Virus record (IMG/VR): IMGVR_UViG_3300032093_000023 | DNA from: an uncultured virus (IMG/VR IMGVR_UViG_3300032093_000023) | Taxonomy: Duplodnaviria > Heunggongvirae > Uroviricota > Caudoviricetes | Reading direction: 5' to 3' (one strand) | Length of the DNA stretch: 64,000 bases | Shown: positions 40,879 through 49,247 of the stretch, piece by piece | Layout of the letters: each line of letters begins with the position of its first letter | Numbering within the stretch: the first letter of the stretch is position 1 | Notes under the pieces: model-generated | Databases searched by the model: none | What the model was told of the DNA's origin: nothing | What the model saw: only the letters and a program-made list of their open reading frames with translations | Translations under genes and position numbers: made by a program

Positions 40879-41568
40879 TTAGTTTCTTTTTTTTATTGCG
40901 TAAATAACTCCTCCTATTAATGCTAATCCTAACAAACTAGCTACTGAAATTAAAATAATTCGTTTTGTTTTACTAGACGCTTCGATTTTCTTTTGTGCCT
41001 CTATTTGTTGTGATTGCCTTTGCGCTAATATCGTTTGAACCATTTGTTGTTTAGCTTCTGCTTTTTTTGCAAATGTATCGGTTGCTCCAAACTTTTTAGC
41101 TCTTTGATTATCTGCTAATTTTCCTCCTAAACCCGCTAATCCTCCAACAGCACCAGCTATTGCTGTTCCCCAAACATTTGAATGTTCTTCGTCATCACTT
41201 ACAAAATTATCGTAAATATCAGCGTCAAAATAATTATATAAAACTTTATGAGTCGCCTTTAATCCATCTTCGTTATGCTCTTCTTCACCATTAAATGAAG
41301 CTGTTTTATTATTATGGCTTATTAAAAATGCAGCACCTAACAATAGTTTTTTGTTATTATGAATATTATCTAAAAATAAATCAACCAATTCTGCATCAGT
41401 CATTTCATTACTAGCAATTACATTAGCACTATTTAACATGAAAATAAAATCTTCTCGTTTAGAAACTAATAAACTCGCCAACTCTTCCATAACAACACGA
41501 TTTGCTTTTGACAAATCATGTTGTTTTAAGTAAGAAGATAATTCTTTATAATATTCTTTTTTTTCCAT
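40879..41568 (-). CDS. Tail-anchored membrane protein with internal Gly-rich hydrophobic segment
   Basis: HSNVWG directly followed by TAIAGAVGGLAGLGG, a coiled coil and a C-terminal TM. Confidence 0.7.
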   Translation of the reverse strand: MEKKEYYKELSSYLKQHDLSKANRVVMEELASLLVSKREDFIFMLNSANVIASNEMTDAELVDLFLDNIHNNKKLLLGAAFLISHNNKTASFNGEEEHNEDGLKATHKVLYNYFDADIYDNFVSDDEEHSNVWGTAIAGAVGGLAGLGGKLADNQRAKKFGATDTFAKKAEAKQQMVQTILAQRQSQQIEAQKKIEASSKTKRIILISVASLLGLALIGGVIYAIKKRN

Positions 41569-41576
41569 TTCTGGTT

Positions 41577-42479
41577 TTATTTAAAAACTTTTGCTTTATG
41601 TAAAGCGAAAATAATAACTGCTGCCGCTCCTAATCCAACAATAACTCCTTTGTTTTTTGCAAAGAAAGTTTTACCGTCAAATGAACTCATTTCGTCACCT
41701 TCCATCATACTAGAATCTTCTCCATCAGCTCCCTTTGCAGGAATAACTATTTTATTATCTCCAATAGTAGCGTTTAATCCTGATTGAACAGGAGTTAATG
41801 ATTTCATTCTAACGACAGCTTTAGCGTGAACTTCTTTCATTTTATCCAAATGGTTAACTCTTGCCTTTAATTCTTTTGCTGCTTTAGCAACCATATTAGA
41901 AGGTAATTTACCGCTTCTTAAAGCATCTTTTAGTTTGTTAACAGCACCCTCATGTTTAGCTATTTTATCTTTCATAATACCTAATCTGTTTTTAATTCTT
42001 TTACCAGAGGCATCAGACATTTCAGCATCAAATGAACTTGTTTCTCCTGACGTTTCAGCGTCAAATGAACTTTCTTCATCTGAATATTCACTATTATCCC
42101 CTAAAGGTTCTTGTGCTTCTTCATTATACGATTGTTCGTCTTGAGATGGCTCATTATACGATTGTTCCATTGGTTGTTGTTCTATTGGTTGTTCTTGTGA
42201 CATATCGTTAGATTCATTTTCGCTTTCAGGGTCATCTCCCATTCTTTTTCTAGCTTCTTTACGACTAGCTCTAATATCTTTACGAGTTTGACGAGCTTCT
42301 TGTTTAGCTGCAAGTCTTTCGGTTCTATTAGCAATTCGTGTCATTCTTCTTTTTTGTCTACGAACTTGTCTTCTAGCCCTTCCTCTTCCCTTTAATTCCG
42401 AATGCTCTCCAAACGCTTCCTCAAAAGAAACTCCTTGAATTTCTGTTTCAGGTTCTAATGTTATGATTCTAGCTTCCAT
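41577..42479 (-). CDS. Tail-anchored protein with alternating Arg-rich and acidic blocks
   Basis: HSELKG then RGRARRQ...; SSFDAE repeats; MSDASG then a basic helix; C-terminal TM. Confidence 0.75.
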   Translation of the reverse strand: MEARIITLEPETEIQGVSFEEAFGEHSELKGRGRARRQVRRQKRRMTRIANRTERLAAKQEARQTRKDIRASRKEARKRMGDDPESENESNDMSQEQPIEQQPMEQSYNEPSQDEQSYNEEAQEPLGDNSEYSDEESSFDAETSGETSSFDAEMSDASGKRIKNRLGIMKDKIAKHEGAVNKLKDALRSGKLPSNMVAKAAKELKARVNHLDKMKEVHAKAVVRMKSLTPVQSGLNATIGDNKIVIPAKGADGEDSSMMEGDEMSSFDGKTFFAKNKGVIVGLGAAAVIIFALHKAKVFK

Positions 42480-42487
42480 GTTTTAAA

Positions 42488-42955
42488 TTATTTAATAGTT
42501 ACTTTTTTGTTTTTTGTAACAGTTTTCCCAGCTACAAATCCTAAACCTGCTCCAATCAAAGTGTACATTAATTTCTTTTTGTAATCTTCTTTTTTGTATG
42601 TAGCATAGCCAAATCCTGCTGTTGCTCCTAACGCTAATCCAATTAAAGCATTTCTATCTTTTAATTGTGCTGGAATGTCAATGATTTTAGCCTTTGCATT
42701 TGCGCCATCTGCGCCTAATTTAACTTCTGTTGTTTCCATGTTTATTGGTTTTATTTTGTTTGTATATATTATTTCGTTGTTTGTAGTGTAAAAAAGCCTA
42801 TATTGGAACGTCTCACCTTTTCTTAAACCATTTACTAATTTAACGTCTCCAATTAATTCAGTACCTTTTGGTATAATAATATCTGTAGCTGTAAAGTTTT
42901 TATGTTCAGCGTTTGGTATTAATACTTTTGCATCTTCTATTGTAACTACTTTCAT
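42488..42955 (-). CDS. Two-TM membrane protein, architecture like 39947-40462
   Basis: Beta N-domain, LGADG linker, two Gly-zipper helices and a KKVTIK end. Confidence 0.7.
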   Translation of the reverse strand: MKVVTIEDAKVLIPNAEHKNFTATDIIIPKGTELIGDVKLVNGLRKGETFQYRLFYTTNNEIIYTNKIKPINMETTEVKLGADGANAKAKIIDIPAQLKDRNALIGLALGATAGFGYATYKKEDYKKKLMYTLIGAGLGFVAGKTVTKNKKVTIK

Positions 42956-42959
42956 AAAA

Positions 42960-43466
42960 TTAATGCTTATGGTGCATGAAAATTCCTAAAATTGCTACAA
43001 TGCCAATTACACTTAATGCAACTGTTACCGTATTATTACTTACAGATTGTTGTGGTTGACCAAATGATTCGGCATATCCACTAAATGACGATTTATTACA
43101 ACCGCAATTAGGGTTACCAGCACAATTTGAAAACTCTCCCGATTCACTTATATATTTTTTTAAGATGTCTTTTACACTATCCTCTGTCATGTCAATTTTA
43201 TGTTTTGTTTCTACAGATAATTCCTGTGGTTCTTTAACTGTATATTTTAAGATAAATTCTTTGTGCGGATGTATTTCGCAAAACTCTTTATCCATTAATT
43301 TCTTATCATCACTAGCCTTGTAAAGATTAGCTAATTTTAATTCTAAGTCTTTGTGATTTTTAGCGTCTGGTTGATTGTATTTTTTTAACAATCCCCTTGA
43401 CTTATCAGTTGATTCATTTGCTAATAAAGATAGCAACCCGTATATTTTCTTTTTTTGAGCTTCCAT
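42960..43466 (-). CDS. Tail-anchored membrane protein
   Basis: IHPHKEFIL, FSNCAGNPNCGC and a C-terminal TM. Confidence 0.7.
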   Translation of the reverse strand: MEAQKKKIYGLLSLLANESTDKSRGLLKKYNQPDAKNHKDLELKLANLYKASDDKKLMDKEFCEIHPHKEFILKYTVKEPQELSVETKHKIDMTEDSVKDILKKYISESGEFSNCAGNPNCGCNKSSFSGYAESFGQPQQSVSNNTVTVALSVIGIVAILGIFMHHKH

Positions 43467-43489
43467 TATAGCGTAATGTTTATTTTATT

Positions 43490-43525
43490 AAAAAAGCCCA
43501 CCAACTTTTATGGTGGTGGGCTTTT
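43490..43525 (-). terminator. Intrinsic terminator after the capsid candidate
   Basis: aaaagcccacca...tggtgggctttt perfect 12-bp inverted repeat, followed by a U-run on the minus strand. Confidence 0.85.
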
Positions 43526-43545
43526 AATTTTAGTGTTTATTAAGA

Positions 43546-44286
43546 CTATCCTTTAGAGATACTTTTAACAGCACTAGAAGTGTTAATAATTACTGGTGAT
43601 ACGTTTTTACCTGATAATGGACGAGCGTAAGCTTTGTTTAAAGCATTACCACCGTTTAATACTGCTTTACCAGAGATGATTGAAGTAGGGTATAAAGAGA
43701 TTACAAAAGTAGCAGAAGCTTTTAATGTAAATGATAACTCTGTATTACCATCAATCACGATAGATTTAGTCGTATCAATTACAGACGCTTGGAATTGGTA
43801 AGAATCTAACATTACAGATAAGTTTAATGGACTAGATTTAACGTTACCATTCGCATCTGTGTGAGCGATAGAAATTGTTTGTTGTAATTGCGCTGGTGTA
43901 CTAGAAGCAAAACGTTGACGAGATATTTTAAATACCTTGCTTTGAGATTGTGCAAATAATTGAGCGTAAGTACCACCTTGTAAGTTGCTAATAACTACAG
44001 CAGCAGGGTTACCAAAGTTAGTAACACCAAAAGCATATTTGTTAAAACCAAACATTACAGCCGTAACGTCATTAGTAGTTGTGTTTGTGTATTGAATAAC
44101 GTATGGGTCAGCTTCAACACGAGCAGAAGGAGCGCCATCAGCATTGTTGTAATCAAATTCATCGCCATCAGCGTTATTAAAATCGTCAAAATATGATTCG
44201 CCTTCTGCTGAATCATAAGAGTCAAACCCTGAGAAACTTTCTGTTCCAGAGATATAATTGCGTAATTCTTTTTCTTTATTTGTCAT
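43546..44286 (-). CDS. Putative major capsid protein (single jelly-roll-like, with acidic propeptide)
   Basis: Highly-expressed-style codons (CGT, ATC, AAC, TAC, GCT), own terminator, ~150-aa beta-strand core, and an acidic leader ending FNNADG/YNNADG. Fold inferred. Confidence 0.55.
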   Translation of the reverse strand: MTNKEKELRNYISGTESFSGFDSYDSAEGESYFDDFNNADGDEFDYNNADGAPSARVEADPYVIQYTNTTTNDVTAVMFGFNKYAFGVTNFGNPAAVVISNLQGGTYAQLFAQSQSKVFKISRQRFASSTPAQLQQTISIAHTDANGNVKSSPLNLSVMLDSYQFQASVIDTTKSIVIDGNTELSFTLKASATFVISLYPTSIISGKAVLNGGNALNKAYARPLSGKNVSPVIINTSSAVKSISKG

Positions 44287-44431
44287 TTTGTTATTTTTTT
44301 TAATTGTTTGTTAATTTTTTGATTTAGTTTATTGTTTTATGCTTTGTTAGTTTTTTGTTTCTCACGTTAATTAAAACGGTTTTCATTCGCTCAAATTCCA
44401 CAAATAACATTAGTTAATAGGAAATAAAATG

Positions 44432-44458
44432 AAAGGGCGAAACAAAGTTTGCCCTTTT
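44432..44458 (-). terminator. Hairpin/attenuating terminator between the 41-aa gene and the capsid candidate
   Basis: aaagggcgaaac-aaa-gtttgccctttt inverted repeat; imperfect U-tract on the minus strand. Confidence 0.65.
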
Positions 44459-44461
44459 AAA

Positions 44462-44587
44462 TTACTTTACAGCAGGTTTCGCTAATTTAGCGATACGTGG
44501 TGCAACAACAGCTTGATGAACAGCTAAAGCAACCATTACAATTGCAAGAGTCATAGCACCTTTTTTTAAATTTTCAGTTGTAAACAT
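44462..44587 (-). CDS. 41-aa hydrophobic/basic peptide heading the structural operon
   Basis: Hand-translated MFTTENLKKGAMTLAIVMVALAVHQAVVAPRIAKLAKPAVK; TATTTTTG element about 40 bp upstream. Confidence 0.75.
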   Translation of the reverse strand: MFTTENLKKGAMTLAIVMVALAVHQAVVAPRIAKLAKPAVK

Positions 44588-44782
44588 TTTCTTTATTTTT
44601 TAGATGATTATTAATAATTGAACTCAAAAATATATAAGAAAAAAAACATTTAATAAATTATGAAGTAAACGTGTTTAGTTTTAAAGCGTATAATTATTAA
44701 TAAAATCAATACTTTAAGCTATGATACTTTTGTTTACTTTAATTTTGTTTTTTGATATTTTAAATTGTATTTTTGTGCTATT

Positions 44783-45514
44783 ATGAACAAATTACCTAAA
44801 ATATTAGTTAGTTGCCCAACGGCTAAGGCTAAGAATTACACGGCGTTAGAATGGATTGCTAATACTCAAAAATTCACATATCCTAATTGCGAAATTGTAG
44901 TATTTGATAATACAGATGATAATGGAGAAAATGCTGAATATCTTAATCAATTAGCTGTTGAAAATGGCTTTTTAAATTTTAAGGCTATTAAATCAGATAC
45001 AAATAACTGTAAAAGTTTAATTGAAAAGATGTGTGTATCTCATAACGATTGTAGGGGACTTGTTATTAATGGTGGTTACTCTCATTTATTACATTTAGAA
45101 AGTGATGTTATTTGCCCTACTGATACTATTGAAAATTTATACTTACATAAAAAGCAAGTTGCTGGAGGTTTATTTTACAGAGATAGTGGAATAAGTCGTA
45201 AATTAATGGCACAAAGACGTATTTATAGAAGTCCTAGAAATATTATAAGCGAAAACTTTTTACCGAGTGAGGATATACATTTTATTGACGGCACACTAAA
45301 AACGGCTGCTCATATAGGTTTAGGCTGTATTTTAATTAATGTAGAAACTTTAAAAAAGATTAAATTTAGATTTGTAGAAAATGTAGATATGCACCCCGAT
45401 ACATATTTTGCAGAGGATTGTTTTAGAAATAACATTAAGATATTTGCAGATACTAATATAATTTGCAAACATAATAATGAAGATTGGGGAGTTTACGGTT
45501 ATACTTGGAAATAA
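44783..45514 (+). CDS. Glycosyltransferase family 2-like (GT-A)
   Basis: KILVSCPT, VVFDN, HLESDV, IGLGCILI, PDTYFAED and CKH motifs. ATG at 44783 preferred, downstream of TATTTTTG (44768-44775). Confidence 0.75.
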   Translation: MNKLPKILVSCPTAKAKNYTALEWIANTQKFTYPNCEIVVFDNTDDNGENAEYLNQLAVENGFLNFKAIKSDTNNCKSLIEKMCVSHNDCRGLVINGGYSHLLHLESDVICPTDTIENLYLHKKQVAGGLFYRDSGISRKLMAQRRIYRSPRNIISENFLPSEDIHFIDGTLKTAAHIGLGCILINVETLKKIKFRFVENVDMHPDTYFAEDCFRNNIKIFADTNIICKHNNEDWGVYGYTWK

Positions 45515-45532
45515 TATATAATATAAATAAAT

Positions 45533-45862
45533 ATGGATATAAGAGAACTTAGAATAGGAAATTTGTATGATAATAATGGTAATTACTTTGTAGTTACGCC
45601 AAATACAATAGAATCACTTTTTGAAAGAGAAAGAGTATGGTGTAAACCAATACCATTAACAGAGGAAATACTTTTGAAATGTGGTTTTGAGAAATTTAAT
45701 ACTATTGGAGGGTGCTTTTACTACATCAATGGATTGAGAATTGATTACATTTTGTGTAAATTTGTATTATTAGGCTATGATAGATGTAATTTGAATTACT
45801 TGCACGAATTACAAAATATTTACTCATGCCTTTGTGGAGATGAGTTAAAAATAAACTTATAA
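45533..45862 (+). CDS. Conserved Bacteroidota phage hypothetical protein
   Basis: ELRIGN...KPIPLTEEILLKCGF...YLHELQNIY pattern. Confidence 0.75.
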   Translation: MDIRELRIGNLYDNNGNYFVVTPNTIESLFERERVWCKPIPLTEEILLKCGFEKFNTIGGCFYYINGLRIDYILCKFVLLGYDRCNLNYLHELQNIYSCLCGDELKINL

Positions 45863-45864
45863 GT

Positions 45865-46380
45865 ATGGAAAAAATAATATTCCTTGATATTGATGGCGTA
45901 ATAAATCCGATTCATTACATGAACGCTACATATAAAATGTGGAAAGCAAGTTTTGGAGAAATTAAAAGCCATGATGAATATGGGCAGTTATTCTTTTAGC
46001 AAAACTGTGAAGCACTACAAAAAATAATAGATGAAACAGGAGCTAAAATTGTTATTAGTAGCACTTGGAGAATGTCTGGTGAAAGTGAAATGAAAGCACT
46101 TTGGAAACACCGAAATTTAACAGGAGAAATAATAGGAATAACGCCAAATGAAGTAGATGTAGTTGAAAGTGGCAAAGCTGAATTTTATGATGAAGTTTGT
46201 AGAGGTGATGAAATTAAACTTTGGATAAAGCGTAATGATTTTAAAGGTAATTATGTAATTATTGATGACACAAAAGATATGCTAAAAGAACAAGAGCCGT
46301 ATTTTGTAGTAACCAATAGTTATTGTGGATTAACGCTAAAAGATGCTGAAAAAGCAATTGAAATTTTGAATAAAATATAA
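45865..46380 (+). pseudogene. HAD-family phosphatase (HAD_SAK_2-like) with one in-frame TAG
   Basis: ATG 45865 MEKIIFLDIDGV... TAG at 45997-45999, then in-frame KIVISSTWR...RGDEIKLW...YVIIDD. Confidence 0.75.
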
Positions 46381-46383
46381 CCT

Positions 46384-46418
46384 AAAAAACCTCGAAGTAA
46401 TATACAACGAGGTTTTTT
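46384..46418. terminator. Bidirectional intrinsic terminator
   Basis: aaaaaacctcg...cgaggtttttt between convergent genes. Confidence 0.85.
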
Positions 46419-46435
46419 GTTTTTAGTGGAAAGTT

Positions 46436-46603
46436 TTAGTCTTTTAACTTTTTTAATTGAAGTGATTTAATCTGCTTATCTAGTTCTGCTATTTCAGATT
46501 GAGCTTGTCTACTTTTACGACTTTCCATATAAGTAAAGAAAGCTGCTAATCCCCCTAGTGCCGAAACCACTCCAATTAATATCATTAACTGTTCTTTTTT
46601 CAT
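46436..46603 (-). CDS. 55-aa TM plus coiled-coil peptide
   Basis: Hand-translated MKKEQLMILIGVVSALGGLAAFFTYMESRKSRQAQSEIAELDKQIKSLQLKKLKD. Confidence 0.75.
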   Translation of the reverse strand: MKKEQLMILIGVVSALGGLAAFFTYMESRKSRQAQSEIAELDKQIKSLQLKKLKD

Positions 46604-46759
46604 TTAATCTTGTTTTTCTTTGTACTTTTTATACTCATTGTATCCAAAGTATGCAGCTACAGCTAATAAAGCTATAATAATAATTGTTCCTGCGCCACTA
46701 CTACTTTTTGTAGTTGTATTAGGTGTACTAATTGGCATTGAGTTAAATTGTGTTACCAT
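46604..46759 (-). CDS. 51-aa single-TM peptide
   Basis: Hand-translated MVTQFNSMPISTPNTTTKSSSGAGTIIIIALLAVAAYFGYNEYKKYKEKQD. Confidence 0.7.
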   Translation of the reverse strand: MVTQFNSMPISTPNTTTKSSSGAGTIIIIALLAVAAYFGYNEYKKYKEKQD

Positions 46760-46762
46760 AGC

Positions 46763-46909
46763 TTATATTACCTCAAACGAATGATAATTACCTCTTGCAA
46801 TATCGTGTACAACATCTTTTGGACTACCTTCAAATGTATCAGATAATTTAATTACTTGTCTACATTTTTTGTCTTCTGTGAAATAAATCACTAACGTTTT
46901 GTTCTTCAT
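46763..46909 (-). CDS. 48-aa hypothetical protein
   Basis: Hand-translated MKNKTLVIYFTEDKKCRQVIKLSDTFEGSPKDVVHDIARGNYHSFEVI. Confidence 0.6.
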   Translation of the reverse strand: MKNKTLVIYFTEDKKCRQVIKLSDTFEGSPKDVVHDIARGNYHSFEVI

Positions 46910-46929
46910 ACTTATATTTATTTAATTGT

Positions 46930-47073
46930 TTAACAGTATTTACCTAATGTACTACCTGCTTTTTTTTGAGTTTTACCTTTAGATGATGATAATTGTGAAC
47001 CAGATACTGAACAAGTTTTTGAAATCGTTTTCTTTTTTGCTGTTGCTTTTTTTGCTGCTACTTTTTTTGCCAT
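46930..47073 (-). CDS. 47-aa Lys/Ala-rich histone-H1-like basic peptide
   Basis: Hand-translated MAKKVAAKKATAKKKTISKTCSVSGSQLSSSKGKTQKKAGSTLGKYC; contains no acidic residues. Confidence 0.7.
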   Translation of the reverse strand: MAKKVAAKKATAKKKTISKTCSVSGSQLSSSKGKTQKKAGSTLGKYC

Positions 47074-47092
47074 GATTTTTAGTTTTTAAGAT

Positions 47093-47635
47093 TTATTTTT
47101 TAGTTAACGTAAATGTATGTTTTTCTTTTTCTAAAAGCAAATAAAAACTTGTTTCAATTCCGTTTTTATTTTCAGGTTCGTATGCGTTAAATATAACATC
47201 GTATGCTCTTCGTGAAATTGATTTAAGTTCATCTAATGTCATTGTATGTTTGCCAGAGTTATAGGCATTTTCAAAATCAACATCAATAGCAATACCAATA
47301 GGGTCAGATACATTTGTTTCATCTATTTCAGATTTTTCATGTTCTTTAATTTCCTCTTGTATTTGCTCGATAATTTCTTCTTCTTTAAACGGTACTTCAT
47401 TATAATTATTTCTATGCTTACCATCAAGTATTTCTAAAATCTCACCACAAATCCATTTGTCGTTTGATTTTACTTTACTCATAACTTTAGCACTAACGCC
47501 TTTACCTCTTTTGGCTAACATAGCAATACTTTTTTCAACTTGCTTAATGCTATCAATTCCATTAATTGCATCTTCGTTTAAATCATTTAATGTAAGGTTG
47601 TTGTCCTTCATTAATTTTACATACGCATATTCCAT
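47093..47635 (-). CDS. Hypothetical protein
   Basis: 180-aa ORF with an acidic central linker. Confidence 0.65.
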   Translation of the reverse strand: MEYAYVKLMKDNNLTLNDLNEDAINGIDSIKQVEKSIAMLAKRGKGVSAKVMSKVKSNDKWICGEILEILDGKHRNNYNEVPFKEEEIIEQIQEEIKEHEKSEIDETNVSDPIGIAIDVDFENAYNSGKHTMTLDELKSISRRAYDVIFNAYEPENKNGIETSFYLLLEKEKHTFTLTKK

Positions 47636-47665
47636 ACTTTTATTTTTTTAAATTTATGTGCAATA

Positions 47666-48190
47666 TTACAAATTTTTAAGTGCTTTTTCTAATAATTTTA
47701 ATAAATCTTTTGTTTCGTTTATTAAAGTTACTATTTGTTTTTTTGTTAACTTACCAGCCTCTACTTGTTTTTCAACAGCTTCGTGAACTTTCTCTATTTT
47801 TTCTTTATCCTTAGTAGCCTCTGTTTTTTTAGGAGCTTCTGCTCTTGCTTCTGCTGCTGCTTTAGCTTTTTTGTGGCGTTCTTTAGCTTCCTTAATTAAA
47901 TCCTCACAATCATAATCAGTTTTTTTAGATTCTTTTTTAGTTTCCTCTTTTTCCTCTGCTTTAGATTCTTTAGCTTCGTGTTTTTCATGTTTAGCTTTTT
48001 CTTTTTTAGGTTCTTTAACAACCTTTTCTTTCTTTTTAGCTTTTGGTTTTTCCTCTTTTTCTAACATAGCTTCATATTTAGCTATTTCAGAGTTTATTTT
48101 TGTAACAGCACTTGGTACACCTGCAACGCTTGGATTTTTTAATCTGTTTTTCCAGTCAGCTATTTTGTCTTTAATTTCTTTTTGTGTCAT
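47666..48190 (-). CDS. Lys/Glu-rich helical protein
   Basis: Low-complexity KE repeats; leader AAACAAATACAATG. Confidence 0.7.
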   Translation of the reverse strand: MTQKEIKDKIADWKNRLKNPSVAGVPSAVTKINSEIAKYEAMLEKEEKPKAKKKEKVVKEPKKEKAKHEKHEAKESKAEEKEETKKESKKTDYDCEDLIKEAKERHKKAKAAAEARAEAPKKTEATKDKEKIEKVHEAVEKQVEAGKLTKKQIVTLINETKDLLKLLEKALKNL

Positions 48191-48210
48191 TGTATTTGTT
48201 TTTAATATTA

Positions 48211-48618
48211 TTAATCATTAATCATTATTTCTCCTTTATCATAGCTTATTTCAACTTTCTTTTTGTTTTTTAAAGTACAAATAAATGGAGTTACATCTAA
48301 AGTTTTTTTATTAAATGAAAAAATTATTTTATCTAAATCTTTTATATTAGAATTGTATAATATTTTACATTGCGAATCAGCATATTTTAAAAATAATTCC
48401 CTATTAAATTCAGATGATTTGTATTCAATTATATTACAATCAACAACGTTTAATTTTTTTGTTTTTTTTATATCCTTTACGACAAACTCATGCGTAACAA
48501 TATCATTATAAAACTTGAATCTAGTATTAAACTGTTTAGGAGAACTTTTTGATACGCAAAAGTATATTGCTACACTATATTTCATACTATTATTTTGTTT
48601 TAAATTATTATAAACCAC
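48211..48618 (-). CDS. Hypothetical protein (start possibly at 48585)
   Basis: ORF track; co-oriented within the operon. Confidence 0.5.
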   Translation of the reverse strand: MVYNNLKQNNSMKYSVAIYFCVSKSSPKQFNTRFKFYNDIVTHEFVVKDIKKTKKLNVVDCNIIEYKSSEFNRELFLKYADSQCKILYNSNIKDLDKIIFSFNKKTLDVTPFICTLKNKKKVEISYDKGEIMIND

Positions 48619-49246
48619 CTATTGAATAAGAGAATGAATTACCGCCTCTTTCGTAATTATTTATTTTTGTTTCTAAAGCACTCATTTCAGCTTTTAAACG
48701 TGTTGCCTCACTTGTGTTTTTATCTTCAATAGCATCTTCTAAATAAGCTCCTAATTTGTCATATTTGCTTAACATAGCCTCGTAAGATGATTTACTATCA
48801 ATGCCACCACCGTTTTCAAATTTATCAAATGAATAAGGTATAAAAACTCTCCTACCATTCATGTCAGTAACCTCGTCATATACTCTTATTTTTGACAATG
48901 GTATGAATTTGTGGTCGCTACCCCAAGCCCCTTGTTGAAAATTCATTAAGCCAACAACTCCATCTTTTTCTGTTATGTAGTGTGTTTTATCTTTGTAAAC
49001 TACTGCTTCATTTAATTTCATTTCCCTCTCAATATCACCGCCTTTAGCCATTTTAGGTGTTTTAGATTCAGTATATTTATCTAACTGTTTCTTTGCTTCT
49101 GATAATGTTTTTGCACCTGTTGGAGCTTCATTTACGCCATACTTAACCATATAACTACCATCATCTTTTAAATGAATAGTACCCAATTTATAGTCAATAT
49201 ATTTTTGTCCGTAACCGCCTATTTTCCATTCGACTTTATTTTCCAT
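48608..49246 (-). CDS. Modular protein with [FYM]xxGG-delimited segments
   Basis: MAKGGDI, FENGGGI, YERGG and terminal YSIGGL. Confidence 0.65.
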   Translation of the reverse strand: MENKVEWKIGGYGQKYIDYKLGTIHLKDDGSYMVKYGVNEAPTGAKTLSEAKKQLDKYTESKTPKMAKGGDIEREMKLNEAVVYKDKTHYITEKDGVVGLMNFQQGAWGSDHKFIPLSKIRVYDEVTDMNGRRVFIPYSFDKFENGGGIDSKSSYEAMLSKYDKLGAYLEDAIEDKNTSEATRLKAEMSALETKINNYERGGNSFSYSIGGL

Positions 49247-49247
49247 C

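Noticed and set aside
42020..42180. Short direct repeats (tcattatacgattgttc; tcaaatgaactt)
   Set aside because: Coding duplications (EQSYNE, SSFDAE) within a low-complexity protein region.
39125..44587. Small Gly-motif peptides plus protease as a bacteriocin/RiPP cluster
   Set aside because: No C39 peptidase-ABC exporter or modifying enzymes. The motif-bearing proteins are membrane-anchored and interleaved with spikes and capsid-like genes.
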